Assembly: GCA_965240325.2 (NCBI GenBank)
Contig: OZ251223.1
Location: forward strand, 2,294,001-2,358,000
Origin: Rebecca billardiae RCC1528
Taxonomy: Eukaryota > Protista > Haptophyta
Direction of reading: 5' to 3'
Length of the DNA stretch: 64,000 nucleotides
This document shows positions 9,386 to 21,619 of this stretch, one piece after another. Made by a program: the position numbers and the translations under genes. The notes under the pieces are model-generated. The model searched no databases, was not told the DNA's origin, and worked only from the letters and a program-made list of their open reading frames with translations. The stretch's first letter is position 1; each line of letters begins with the position of its first letter.

Positions 9386-11748
9386 ATGACCGCGTTCCGC
9401 GGTCCTTCCGTAGAACCAACGTAGTTAGGGGCCCGCGGTGCACCCTCCGTCGGCTGCTGTCTCAGTCTGGTCAACATGGCGGGCCGATGAGGACTGTCGC
9501 CGCGGGCCCGCGCGAAGAAGTACGGACGGCGGCCGGGGCAGCGGCGCGCGCGCGCAGGGCGAGCCTGCCTTGAGGTGCTCGCGCTGCGCCACGCGCTCGA
9601 CGACGGGCCGCTGGTCGCTCAGCCGGCGCGCCTCGTGCCGGCAGAGCGAGAGCGCGCACCACTCTGCTGGCCCCACCCCCAGCGGCCCCAGCCTGCGCTC
9701 ACGGCGCTGCGCAGCCGCGCACCGAGAGGCGAGACCGAGCGGAGCTCGGGGTGGAACGAGGCGAGCGGCGGGTCGCGCCTGCCGCCGCGCGTGCGCGCCT
9801 GCTCCACCGCGCCACCGTGCTCGCCCGCCGCCTCCTCCGCCGCGTCGGCCTCGAAGCCACGGCGGCGGCCAGCCAGCCTCCGACCGAGGCGGAGCCCGTG
9901 CGTGCTCACTCACCCGGCGCGGTGGCGCCCTCGAGTCGACGGCCGTCTACTCCACAGCTGGCTGCTCGAGCTGCTGCACGGGGCGTCGCGACGAGGGCGC
10001 CGCGCGCGCCCAGCGCGTCCGTCGCCGCGTCGCGCAGCGCGTCGAGCTCGGCGCCGCGCTTCGCCAGCTCGGCGCCCAGCGCCTCCGTGCGCACTCGTGC
10101 TCATTCGATTGTCGTCATCGCGCTCGTCGGCTCCGTGGCGAGCCCGCGGGGCGGACGAGCGGACTACTGCGCGCCGCAGCAGGAGCAGCGCGCGGCGCGC
10201 AGCGCTCCGCGCGCAGCAGGGCCGTCTCCTCATCCACCGAGTGCACGGCCTGCGCGGCGGCGACGGCGGCGCGCGCCGCCGCGGGGGGACGCAAGCGCTG
10301 CGGGCCGAGATGAGTCCGGCCGCCGAGCCGCGGTGGCGGCGTCGGCGTGCGCGCCGGGAAAATAATGCAAACCGGCAAACAGCGCGCTCGGTACGCCGAC
10401 ATGCAGTTTGAAACAGTCGTAGTATATGACCCATGCACATGCACTTTGTCAAAACAATACGGCCCTTGGACCGGCGACCAAGTTTTCAATAGCGTCGATG
10501 ACACGATGACTAAACTTTACTGACAAAGTGACGGCCAGCGGCCTTCGATCTTTCTTATTGCTCACGTCCGGGCGCGCCTATTTCGTCAACCGCATCTTGC
10601 GATAGAGAGCTATCCCCTTACCGCAGTCTGCTTCTATACGAAGCAGATTTGGGTGGGCGGCGGCGTGGGAGCGCTGGGCGCGCAGGTAGACGGCGCGAGC
10701 GGGCGCGCGCACGCTTGGGGGCATCTTTGGGACCATACCCATCGATGACCCGAGCCTCGCCGCCACCGCCCTTCCCCTTCTCCAGTGCCACGGCGTCCAG
10801 ACGGAGTGCCAAACGAGCGTTTGAACATGCCACGAAGCAGATTTGGAATGGTGCTCAAACCGCTGCGGAGGTGATCGTCAGGCTGCGGCGTGAGGCTGGG
10901 AGGGGTATCATAACGTAATGGATGACGGTCGTCACCCGTGCGCCGGTCGGTAGGCTGCTATTCAGCGCCCGTAGGCTCGTACGCTGCACCTCGAGCTCAA
11001 GATCCCTCACCGTGGGCTCCGCGCGAGTGACACTGAGCACGAGGAGGGTGTACTTGCGAGGGGTACGCGCGTCGCGCCTGCGATCGACGCCAAGACAAGC
11101 GAAGAAGCGATACCACCACTCCCGCGAAGCGCCTGCCTGACTTGCACTCGGTGTACACACCGCGTGCGGCGCGCCGCAAGGAAGGAGCCCGACCCGTGCC
11201 TCAGCGTGTCCCGCGCGGCTGGCTGGTGGGCACTTTCAGCGTGATCGGTCATGCGAACGCGCGCAGAGTAACGCGCGCAGTATGTACACTGTCTACAATC
11301 ATCTTTGTCGGTCGCCCACGTGCTTGAAGCGGCTGCAAGGAGTGCAGCCGGGTGTCGCGGGCCAGTCGAGCGCCCAGCCAGCACGACGGCAGCTCGGCGC
11401 CGCCGCGCGTTGCCATCGTGGAGGCGGTGAAGCTGGAGGTACTAGGCTGGCGGCTGTCTGAGGGTAGCTAGACCATGCCTGGGCACTCTCAAGCCGTGTT
11501 CAACGCCCAGACGCGCGTGGGTGGGCCGCAAAGCGCGCGCAGCGGCCGCCGTCAAATCTGCTTCCATACGAAGCAGATTGAACTGCGGTAAGGGGATCTA
11601 CCCCTCGAAAAAGCGAAAACTCACCCTCCAACAACCGTAAAAATCGTCCCCCGTCCCCTTTTCTTTGATCAAAAGATCTTTTTGACAACGTAGTGAGGGC
11701 CCCCGGCGGGGCTCCACGCTACGCGCTCCGCCCTGCACCGCGGGCCAT
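9386..11748 (+). mobile_element. Non-autonomous element, family A (ends ATGACCGCGTTCC... and ...CCGCGGGCCAT), carrying a nested insertion
   Basis: Collinear with 60349-62798: shared left end, shared internal 9570-10090 sequence and shared right end 11599-11748. Confidence 0.75.
10614..11595. mobile_element. Nested TIR element (CCCCTTACCGCAG...CTGCGGTAAGGGG) with subterminal palindromes
   Basis: 13-bp perfect TIR extended by TCTGCTTC-N5-GAAGCAGATT at both ends, with AT on both flanks. Absent from the homologous position (~62635-62650) of the other family-A copy. Confidence 0.75.
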
Positions 11749-11807
11749 AAGCTGTACGCGGTACGCCGCGGTCTCGGAGCGCAGAGTAGCTGAGTGCCGC
11801 GCTGATG

Positions 11808-13567
11808 ATGGCCCGCGGTGCAGGGCGGAGCGCGCAGCGTGGAGCCCGCACCAGCGGGCCCGAACCACGTTTCAAAAAGATCTTTGATCAAGAAAAAAGG
11901 GACGGGGGGCGATTTTTTAGGGCTGGAGGAGACCGAGTTTCGATTTTGAGACTCCCTTACAGGTGCATTAGCGTCGAAAAAGGGCGCGTCCGCCGTCTTG
12001 AATAGTGAACAGAGGAATCAACGAAACCCACGCCCAAGTGCGCCAGGCAGGGTAATTGTGGGTAGCCTCTCGTTCATGTGTGACCATAGTAATAAATAAA
12101 TATGGCCTCGCCGCCGCAACGACTCTCATCGTATTTATCTTCACCGCGGGCCATAATGTATCGTAGTACCCGCGTATGCCGAAAGCTGGGATTGCAGAGG
12201 AAGCGGGTCGCGTATGACCGGACTCTTTTAGTTTGCCTCCGCCTTGATGAATATGAACTTGGCTTCGCGGCGGTTGGTATCTAGAGTCTAAAACGTACCC
12301 GCAAGCCTTATTGAAAATACCCGCGCAGCTATTCGTTGCCAGCCCATTCCATAGTCACTGACTTACCGAGCTGGCGAGCTCAAAACCTGCCGCCGTCGCA
12401 AGGACGACGTGTGCAGGTTTCTTCGTTCGGGGGTGGCGAGCGAGCCGCGACGACTCTTGGTTGGTCCGCAAGGGGGCGCTCGATGGGCAGGTGCGCGTGG
12501 CGAGTGCCGAGTGGCGCCTGGAGCGCGCGTCTGCGGCGGGTCCCGACGGCCGTCGACATCGCGTTCGTGCCCGCTCACTAGTCACTCCGCACGCCCCTGC
12601 CGCGCCCTGTCGATGCCTGCGCGGCCGGCCGCGCGGCCGTGCCGCCGCCGCCGCAGCCGCCGCCCTGTGTTCGGGCTCTCGCAAGCCCGGGGGCAGCGGC
12701 GCATGATGCCGGACTGATCGATCTCTGAGTCTCCGACTTCACCACACGCCCCCCTTGCCATGCCTCTCCGCCAGGGTCTCCCAGAACTCTTCTTCAGAGC
12801 AGGCGCAAGTCGAACTCGGAACTGGCCGCGGCCCCGCGCGCCGTCGGCTCCCCGTGGCTGTCAGCTCCGCGTGGCCTGGGCGCCTGGCGTGCCCAGAGCT
12901 GGCAGTGCCTCTGCGACGCGTGCCGAGCCTGACCGAGGTGTGTCACCCCGTGCACGCGCGGCGCGCGCAAGCACCGGTGCTGCATGCCGCATGGCTGCTC
13001 GCACCGTGCTCCCTGGCTCGCGGTCAGTCAGCTCGGCCGCGTGGTGCCTGGTGTGCACGTAGAGTCGCGCTCATGCGTCGCTCACGCCTCGCGCCCGCCT
13101 GTCGGCCGTCGCGCAGGCGCGCAGGTCGAACCCTACTGACCTGCAGATCATCTACTCCTGCGCTGCTGGCGTCGCGGCGACGACGGTCAGCGGCAGGCCC
13201 GAACGAACGGTCGAATCCGCGCGGTCCCGCGCCGTCCGGCTCCCTGACTGTCAGTCAGCTCCGCCGGTGGCCTGGCGTGCAAGAGTCGCGCTCGTGCGTC
13301 GATCACGCCGAGTCGCATCCGCCTGTCGGCCGTCGCGCACGCGCAGGGGGTCAGGTAAGGGCCGTCTGGCGTCTGTGATGAGGGCAGCTCGGCCGACGAC
13401 CGACAGTCCACACTCGGCGCACGCCGGCGGCGGCGCGGCGCTGGGCGGCGCGCCGCTGGATGGAGTCTAGTTACACGTGTACGGGACGACTGCGACGGAG
13501 GGTGCACCGCCACCGCGGGCCCCGAACTACGTTCGTTCTACGGAAAAGGACCGCGGAACGCGGTCAT
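11808..13567 (-). mobile_element. Family A element (variant) in inverted orientation
   Basis: 13493-13567 is the reverse complement of 9386-9452. 11808-11950 is an inverted copy of ~11610-11748. 11950-12230 is the reverse complement of ~59975-60295. Confidence 0.7.
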
Positions 13568-15627
13568 ATATATATATATACTGACGAGTGACGATCGGAT
13601 GACGGACCGATGATGCTAATGTCAATGATGATGATGATGATGTCGGATGACCGCCTGCTTATTCACTGCTATATATAGTGGTCTTCGCATGCGCGCGCGT
13701 GCAGATATGACGTGACACAAACTCAATGACAACGACTCACTGATCACTTGGCCTCGGGGCGGCCGAGCCCGCCATCATCAGCAGCTGTAGGGGGTCCAAG
13801 CCGCGGAATTAAAAATCGAAAATCGACTGCCCGATTTCGCGGTGACCATTTCCGAACATTGTTGCCTCGAATTGCGGCAGCACGGGCCGCGGCCGTTCAG
13901 AGCACGGTCGAGCCCGAGATCGGGCGAGTAGCACGCCTGGGCGGTGGACTTCATCGTCGCGTCGGCGCGGCGGAGCGCGCTCTGGCGTCAGAGGCGCGCG
14001 GGCGGGCGAGTCAGGGTGGCCACCATGACAGCGTTCGACCAAATGATCGCTGGCAGCTCGCTCTCACCGGACATCTTGAACCTCACAGCCCCGCTCTGCG
14101 CGCCGTTCGAACTCTCATCCGGATGAGCGCGGACAACGCAGCCCCAGTTTCAGGTGAAGCGTGCACGCTGCGCGCTGGTTTACACCTGGTTTAGCTTGTC
14201 CATGATGAGCATGAATGACCCCCCGGCGCTCGGCCTGGTGCGTGCAGTGCTCACCTCCCCACGCGCTGCGCATGCACTCGCGCGATCGCTGGCCGCTCGT
14301 TCGCAAACGGGAGTGCGCGGCAGTCGTGGGTGGTAAGCAAGCTCGGCGACCCTGTGTACGTGCGGGGCCTGTCTTCCAGCTCACAGTAGTACCGCCAGAA
14401 GCTCCAGCCGGCACGCGTCGGCTTGTTTGTTGTGCCACTTGGCGTGCCGCTTGGCTGCATGCAGCAGCCGAGCTGCGCTGAGGCGAAGAGCGTGCACCTT
14501 GTCACGAACGTCAAGCTTGCTGCGGAGCAAACGCGCGCCGCCAAGCTCCGCTATGACCGCTGCCACATCTGCACACCGTGTCTTCGTCTCGGGAGTGCCT
14601 GCGCCACTGTTGGCGGCCGTCTTGGAGCAGCGCGCGGACTGCATGATGCTCGGGGCAGGAGTGCTGCTGGGCGCGGCAGTGGAGGCAGAGAGCTCAACGC
14701 TCGCCACCGAGCAGCTCGCAGAGTCAGAGGTAAGCTGGAGCAGCCTCGACTGCAAGCGCTGTAGCCGCAGCAGAGGTGGACCAGCGGCGGCCTCGCGTGG
14801 GCTGGGGTACGACGAACGGCGACGGTGCCGGTGACACCTGAGTACGGGCAAGGAAGCCGCCCGGCACATGGCGAGCTAGTCTGCGCACGCCAGCCTCGAC
14901 GGCGGAGAGGACTCTCATGCCGGGATGGTGGCGGCATGTTCAGTGGCGGAGTTGGCCGTGTGCCGCAGCACGTGCAGCCCGCCACCGGCATCAGGCCCGC
15001 GTTCGCGGGCCGGCACTCACTGATGTGCTGAGTCCAGTGGCATGAGCCGTCTCGGCGCCGCCGTACTCCGTATTCGGATGAACCAGCAAGTAGTGAGCAA
15101 GGTACCCATGTATAGGCACTCACTTGAATACATATGGCAAAATTAACCGCATTCGATATATAGTGGGTAACATGGCGCTTATATGCGGGTACATTCCCAT
15201 AATTAAATGGGTAATATGCTCGATCTTGGAGTAGTTTTTCATGGACGTCTACGCGCACAGCATTGTGCCCCACTTTTTCGGTATTTTCACCATAAAATCC
15301 TTTGGATAGAGGGCAGCGCTTGTCAATAAGTAAGTCCGACCGCGTATCGTCATGTAGCTGCCATGACAAGTAGGTAACATTCGGCTGAATCTCTATGTGA
15401 CACAGCGGGCGCCGCTGCGTGCGCGCCGACCGCGCGACGACACGCGGAGTCGGTTTTTAGTGCTTCTGGCGGCTGGGCTGGGCTCTGGGACATATTTGAG
15501 GGTGACTCCGCAAGCGTCACGCTCATCAGACGCCTACATGGCATGGTTGTCAAATATCACCAATCGGTGGGCTGCTGGCTTGGACCCCCTAGCAGCTGTG
15601 GTCGCGCGTGATGCGTGCAGATCACAA

Positions 15628-18426
15628 CTACTCGGGCGGCCGCCCATCAGCTGCGTGTGATGATGTGCTGCCAACGACGTCATCGGCACTGACGCCGTCC
15701 GTTGAAGTCACCCGCACCGACGGCGGCGCATGCGCTCCGCCAAAGTCAAAGAGCCGGGGAAGTCTCGGTGTAGGGCGCCGCCGGGGGTTGGCTGGGGATA
15801 CGCCTTCGGACGGTGAGCCACCGCCGAGGCTTTCCATCGAGCCCAGCCTCGGGGCCCGTCTTCTTGGCTGCACCTGCTGGCGGGCAAGAAGCTCGTCCTG
15901 CCGCTCCCGCACTCGACGCACCTCCTCGACGAGCTGGTGCAGCAGTGCCATCAGGCCTGGAGCCGAATCGTGCGTGTCCTCATCCCTGTGCTGGTCGTGG
16001 CTTCCTCGGGCCCAATGACGAACACCCGAGGTCAGCTGGTGCTCCGGAGGCGGCGCGGAGGCGGGCACGTCGAGGGCGAGGGCGCCAGCCATGATGGCCG
16101 CCCGCTGCATGCTCGCCACGGGTGAGTCCTCAGCGGGCTTAGCCGCGGGCCTGCCGAGCTTGCTGTCGCACGCGGGCTCGTTCGGAGGCGAGCGCGTGTT
16201 GGCGCGAGCACTCGGATCCGATTTGCTGCTGCGCGCGGACTGAGCCCCACTGGTGCGCGCTGACCGTAGGTTGCTTCCCAGCCGGCTCCGAATCTCCCCC
16301 GAGTCCCTGGTGGGCATCCGCTGACGCTGCGCCGCGAACGCGGAGCTGAAGCGCCCAGCTGACAGCAGCGGTGTGCGTGAGATGGTCCGGGGGCGGTCGA
16401 TGCCGCTCGGCGAGGTGGCGGCGGTCTGGCGTGACGACTGCGCACTGCCCGCCGCGCCGCCCGCCGATCTGTTGGACTCGCGATGATGGCGCATATCGCG
16501 CTGCTGCGCGAGCGCCGCCACGGTGCGATCGGCCAGGATCTTCTGCAGCTCGGGCGCCTGCTTCACGAGCCTGAGCAGCGAGCTCTTGCTCAGCTCGTAC
16601 AGCTGCGCATCCGTGTACGCGACGACAGACGCGGTGCGGCGCGTGTCGGGCAGCAGCAGTGCGATCTCGCCGAAGTAGTCGCCGCACTTGAGCAGGCTGA
16701 GCAGCGCGGGCGGCTGCTCGGCCGTGATGACGGCAAGGGTGCCATCGCGCACAAAGAACATCTCGTGCCCCACCGTGCCCGCCAGCATCACCGTCTCCCC
16801 CGCGCAGTGCAGCGACAGCCGCAGCTCGTCCATTAGCAGCAGCTGCGCGTCGCGCTCGAGGCAGCGGTAGATGGGCGCCTGCAAGAGCATCTCGCGCATC
16901 AGGTAGCCGTGCACGTCGTTGCGCAGCATGCGCGGCAAGGAGTTGAGCACGCCGTGCATGTCGAAGCTGTGGCTCACCTCCCACTCGTACTGCAGGTGGT
17001 TGTGCACGCGCCGCACGAGCTTCGGCGGCAGCTGGGAGAAGTGAAGGAACGCATCGACGCGAGCGCGCCGGCGCGCATGCGCTTTTCGCGGCTCGTTGAG
17101 CCCATCGATCAGCGCGGTGACGGTTCCGAGCAGCGTCGAGTGCATCACCGCGAAGACGGCGAAGCAGATGGTCGCGTACGCGCGCTCGCGCGCGCCCACC
17201 GGCACAATGTCGCCGTAACCCACCGTTGTGGCCGTCATCGCCGCCCAGTACAACGCAGCCATGTACGCGTCGCCCAGCGGAGCGCCGTCCAGCCCGGCGT
17301 CGGCGATCCAGCCGCCCATGGGCTCGGCAGCCAGCGGTGTGGCCGTAGCTGTCGCACCGCCAGTCGTAGCACGCTCGTCGAGGGAGCTGATGAGCCAGAA
17401 GAAGCAGCCCAAGGTGTGCACCATGCCCAGGTAGCACCACAGAATCACAAACAGGCGCCGCCGGGCGACCACGCGTCCAACCAGCGTGTGCTCCTGGTCC
17501 ACCGCCGAGCCCTTTGCAGAGCGGAAGAGGCGCGAGCAGCGCAGCACCTTGGTCAGGCCGAGCAGCTTGAGCGCAGGGAGGATAACAGGCCCGGTCTGCC
17601 GCACGACGAGAACCGTAAGCGGGCCGAGAGCGAGCAGGTCGAGCGGCAGCCACGTGCGCGCGTACAGCTGCAGGATCGCCCACGGCCTGCGCTCGAGCCC
17701 CCAGCGCATCTCGCCTGTGGTGTCGCGCAGACTTGTCTTCGAGCCCGCGCGCGCCGCCGCTGGCCAGGTGGTCGATGACGCGGGAAGGGCACGATAAACG
17801 GCAGTCATGCACCACGCGACGATGTCCAGAAGCCACACGACATCGAGCACCAGGCCAATAGTCACCAGCCTGGCGCGCGTGTCCGGTGCGGCCGTGTGCG
17901 CGAACGCGACCTCGATGGGCGCAAAGATGAGCGAGAAGGCGCAGAGCATGTAGAGGAGCCGATCCCAGACAGCGCGGAGTGCGGAGTCGGGATGCACCTG
18001 GATCCAAAGCTGCGACTTGTCGACGTGCGAGTCGACGCGACTCGGCGGCTCAATCTGCATCGCCGCAATCTCGCTCACCACCTCGCTGCCGAGTGCGCTG
18101 AGTGCAGCGGCCTCTCGCGAGTGCGACAGTCGCGACTGCATTGACGGCGATTGGAGGTGAGGTGCCTTGAGCCGTGATGCCGAGAGCGGTGTCCGCTTGG
18201 GCTCGAGCGTCTTGGTCTTCAACCCGCACGCGCTTTCAGGTGAAGAAGCGAACGTGAAGCTCGAGCTTGAGCCGCTCGAGGGCTGGCTCAGCGCCGCCTT
18301 CGCGCCAGGGCGGGAGCTTGCGTCTCTCGAGCGGGGGCCAGGCGCTTCCTCGGCGCCGCACTGGGCTCCTGGCTGCGTGCCCTGGGCGTCGATCGTTGGC
18401 TGGACGGTGGCGGGCGGTCTTGCCAT
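15628..18426 (-). CDS. Voltage-gated K+ channel with cyclic-nucleotide-binding domain (EAG/HCN/CNG-like)
   Basis: IHPDS-like start (VHPDSALRAVWD), six TM helices, an S4-like KLLGLTKVLRCSRLFR, pore YWAAMTATTVGYGDIVP, C-linker, and CNBD GDYFGEIALL..RRTASV. Confidence 0.93.
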   Translation of the reverse strand: MARPPATVQPTIDAQGTQPGAQCGAEEAPGPRSRDASSRPGAKAALSQPSSGSSSSFTFASSPESACGLKTKTLEPKRTPLSASRLKAPHLQSPSMQSRLSHSREAAALSALGSEVVSEIAAMQIEPPSRVDSHVDKSQLWIQVHPDSALRAVWDRLLYMLCAFSLIFAPIEVAFAHTAAPDTRARLVTIGLVLDVVWLLDIVAWCMTAVYRALPASSTTWPAAARAGSKTSLRDTTGEMRWGLERRPWAILQLYARTWLPLDLLALGPLTVLVVRQTGPVILPALKLLGLTKVLRCSRLFRSAKGSAVDQEHTLVGRVVARRRLFVILWCYLGMVHTLGCFFWLISSLDERATTGGATATATPLAAEPMGGWIADAGLDGAPLGDAYMAALYWAAMTATTVGYGDIVPVGARERAYATICFAVFAVMHSTLLGTVTALIDGLNEPRKAHARRRARVDAFLHFSQLPPKLVRRVHNHLQYEWEVSHSFDMHGVLNSLPRMLRNDVHGYLMREMLLQAPIYRCLERDAQLLLMDELRLSLHCAGETVMLAGTVGHEMFFVRDGTLAVITAEQPPALLSLLKCGDYFGEIALLLPDTRRTASVVAYTDAQLYELSKSSLLRLVKQAPELQKILADRTVAALAQQRDMRHHRESNRSAGGAAGSAQSSRQTAATSPSGIDRPRTISRTPLLSAGRFSSAFAAQRQRMPTRDSGEIRSRLGSNLRSARTSGAQSARSSKSDPSARANTRSPPNEPACDSKLGRPAAKPAEDSPVASMQRAAIMAGALALDVPASAPPPEHQLTSGVRHWARGSHDQHRDEDTHDSAPGLMALLHQLVEEVRRVRERQDELLARQQVQPRRRAPRLGSMESLGGGSPSEGVSPANPRRRPTPRLPRLFDFGGAHAPPSVRVTSTDGVSADDVVGSTSSHAADGRPPE

Positions 18427-18768
18427 GCCCCACCGGCGTTGGGGCGGCACTCCGCTGCAGTGGTCGCTGATGTGGTGCGCCACACACGAGCTTCTGATGA
18501 ATCACAAGTACATATTGTGTGTGTGCAAGTTAAAACACAGTAAACCATATTACTTAATGGTAGTAAGCAGTTCAGTCTCGGATTCTACGAGAATCAGTGA
18601 GTGAGTTATCAGTGAGTGAGGGAATTATTATATCATTCACACACAAGCCGCACAAAGGCCGCCGAGATCAAATCATCTGACCCACATGGTCAGCAAGTTT
18701 GACGCAAAACACCTCTTAACCTGATGCCCACCCCCGTGGTCTTCTACCGTATTTGCAAATAGGACAAA

Positions 18769-18918
18769 GTTCGGGCGCAAAGCCTCCAATCTTTGTACGT
18801 GAGCCTTACGCACGTTAAAACAAATAAACTGTATGTGTGGACTCGAGAGCGTCCAATCTTTGTATGTGTGGACTCGTTCGGGCGCAAAGCGTCCAGTCTT
18901 TGTATGTGTGGACTCGTT
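18769..18918. repeat. Short tandem repeat (~40-bp unit GTTCGGGCGCAAAGCGTCCAGTCTTTGTATGTGTGGACTC) interrupted by a 36-bp SINE tail at 18798-18833
   Basis: Three partial units are visible, and the insert is identical to 53631-53666. Confidence 0.7.
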
Positions 18919-19268
18919 TACTTGCATATAAATCTTCCTCAAAATGTGGCGATAATTACCCACTTCGCTATGAGCCTGTGAATATGGCCACAGCGATGCC
19001 GCGAACCGTTTCGTTACGATAACCACCCTGCGCTCGCCTGGGGGTCGTGGACGTGAGCAGTTCGGGCCTCCAGCAGCCGGCCGGTTCAACCTGGTGGGTT
19101 TCATCGCGTCGCACCGCGGGCACGCACGAGACGTGGTGCCTCCGCCGGCGCTGTGGCGCTGGTCGCAATGGGAGGGCCTCAACCTACTCCCAGGGCTGCC
19201 CTCGACGAGCTGCGTCGCGTCTATGGTTGCATCCCCGAGTGGATGGTCGACGAACGACTCCATGTTAA

Positions 19269-21125
19269 ACGGTGCACTCGGCGCTCGGCATCACGAACAG
19301 AGGCCGATTCAACCCGCGCTGCGTGAAGCCCGCGTCCAAGCGCGCGCTCGAGCTCGCGCGCGCGGACATCGTCGTGATCGACGAGGTGTCGATGCTCAAC
19401 GCGAGCACGCTCACAGCGGTGAGAAGCGAGCTCACGTACGCGATGACGCACGGCACGAGCCGGTTCTGCGCGCACGCGTTCGGCGGCAAGTCGGTGATCG
19501 TTGCCGGGGACTTGCACCAGCTTCCGGCTGTCGAGGACCCGCGTCTCGCCGACCAGGTCTTCGATTCGCCGCTGTGGCCGCGGTTCCGGCAGGTGGAGCT
19601 GCGGGAGATGTGCCGCACGGAGAACCGCGCCTGGGCAGAGACGCTCTCGCGCGTGCGCCTCGGGCACCAGCACCTGACCGACGCCGATCGGGCGCTGCTC
19701 AACAGCCGCGTGTGCGCCGCGCACTGCCCATGCGCGGCGCTCCAGACCTTTCAGGACCGTGTTGTGCTGCGCGACGACGAGGTCGAGGCGCGCAGGGCGA
19801 ACGCGCCGGCGCCCGCCGGGCACGCGACGGACCGCCTGCACTGCCCGGTGACGCGCGACGCGATCATCATCGCCGCACGTCGCCGCAAGGTGGACGAGCT
19901 TGCCGAGCTGTACGGCGCGTCGCCCGCTGACGCGATAGACAGCGGCGTGTGCCTCGCGCTCGCGCACGACCGCAACGACGCGGGCGGCGAGCTGCCTGCG
20001 CTCGCGGCCGCGGATATCGACCGCGCATTCCGCACGCTGCCGCGCCGCCTCGAGCCGCACCTTGGCGCGCAGGTCGTGCTCACGCACAACCGCAAGCGCG
20101 CGGCGGGCGGCGAGCACATCAACGGCTTGCTCGGCACCATCGTTGGCATGCGGTCGACAGCGGGCAGCCCTTTCATCGGCCCGAACGAGCTGACGGTGCG
20201 GCCGGACGGCGCGCCGGCGGACGGCTCGATGGACGTGCTCGTCAACCGCATCACGCTCACGCGCTCGGTGCGGCGCGTGGGGCGCGTGCGGCGCACGCAG
20301 TTCCCGCTGCAGCCGGCACGCGCGATCACTGTCCATCGCGTGCAAGGCGCGACGCTCGCGTGCCCAACGCACGTGCTCCTCAACGCGGAGTTCTTCGCAC
20401 CGGGGATGGCATACGTCGCGCTCTCGCGCGTGCGCGACCCATCGCTGCTGCACCTGTGGGCGCTCGATTACGACACCATCGTGGCGGACCAGCGCGTCCT
20501 CGCCGTGTACGAGCGGCTGCGCGCCCGTCCGCTCACGCGCGCGCACGTGGACGGCGCGCGCGACCGGTCTGGTGATGTGCTCGGCGGCGCGGCCGCTGGC
20601 GGCATGCTCCGATTCGGCCTGCAGCTGCAGGCCGACCGCGATGCCGCCGCACTGCAGCGCGCGCTGCGCGCCGGCGCTGCACACACGGTCGGGACGGCTG
20701 GGCGCGTGGTCCGTGGGCTGGGCGCCACCGGAGCGGCGGCCGTCCAGGTGCGCGCACCGCCCGTCGCGCCGCCCTCCGGCTGGGCAGAGGAGGAGTCGTC
20801 ATCGGACGACGGCGACGACGATCGGTCATCGCTCGGCGGCTTCATCGATTGGGACGACGCCAGCTCCGACGACGGCTCGGACAGCGCGCGCGCTGACGGC
20901 GCCTGTTCGGACAGCAGCGAGTCGTTGTCGGACGGCGAGGAGGGCTGCAATGCAGACGGGGCGCACCTCGACAGCCTGCCGCACGAGCGGCGGCGGCGAC
21001 ACGAGCGAGAGCTCGCGCTGCGGCACATCGCGCGTGCGGTCGGCGTGAGCCGGCCGGCGCCGCGTGCTCGCCTGTGCCGCCTCGCAGACGCACATCCACA
21101 CCACGCCGACGCGCGCTCGCGCTAG
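19269..21125 (+). pseudogene. 5'-truncated PIF1-family (SF1B) helicase, probably a Helitron RepHel C-terminal fragment
   Basis: TVHSALGI, IVVIDEVSML, FGGKSVIVAGDLHQLPAV, QFPLQPARAITVHRVQGATL, GMAYVALSRV. Walker A is missing, there is an in-frame TAA at 19266, and there is no ATG start. Confidence 0.85.
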
Positions 21126-21619
21126 CGGCGGGCGGCGACACCAGCGCGGGCTTTTGCTCGCGCGCCACATCGCGCGTGCGGTTGGCGTGAGCCAACCGAC
21201 GCCACGTGAGCGCTCGCAAGCCTGCTCGTTAGCCAAGCGCTGGCGCGAGCAGGCCGCACGCCCGCGCGCGGCGCGTACGTGAACAGGCATCCAGCCTGCT
21301 CGTTAGCCGTGACCGTGATGACTGTTTCCCATCTGCTGCTCTGCCGCAGCGTCCACCATCGCGCGTGCTTCGCTCGCCTGCAGGTACGATGGTGCCTGCG
21401 CCTGCCAGCGCGAGCGGTGCCAGGCTCCCTCGGCCCAGCCCGGTCAGTCGCGTCCGTGCTTTGGGCTGCGAATCTCACGCGCCATCCCATGCCGCGTCTA
21501 CTGTATCGTGCGCCCACCCAGGAACGTCGTGCCACGCCCGAGGGACATCGCCAGGGCGCTGGGTGCGGGTGGCGGGCTAGTTGGGTGCCGCCCCGTGGAG
21601 CCGCGGTGCGGAGGCGACC

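Noticed and set aside
13748-15050. Protein-coding gene
   Set aside because: Only short, interrupted ORFs without recognisable motifs; possibly a decayed gene or TE, but not supportable.
15190-15235. Inorganic pyrophosphatase (YPFNYGNVP resembles YPxNYGxxP)
   Set aside because: The DxDPxD motif is absent and the spacing does not fit; likely coincidence.
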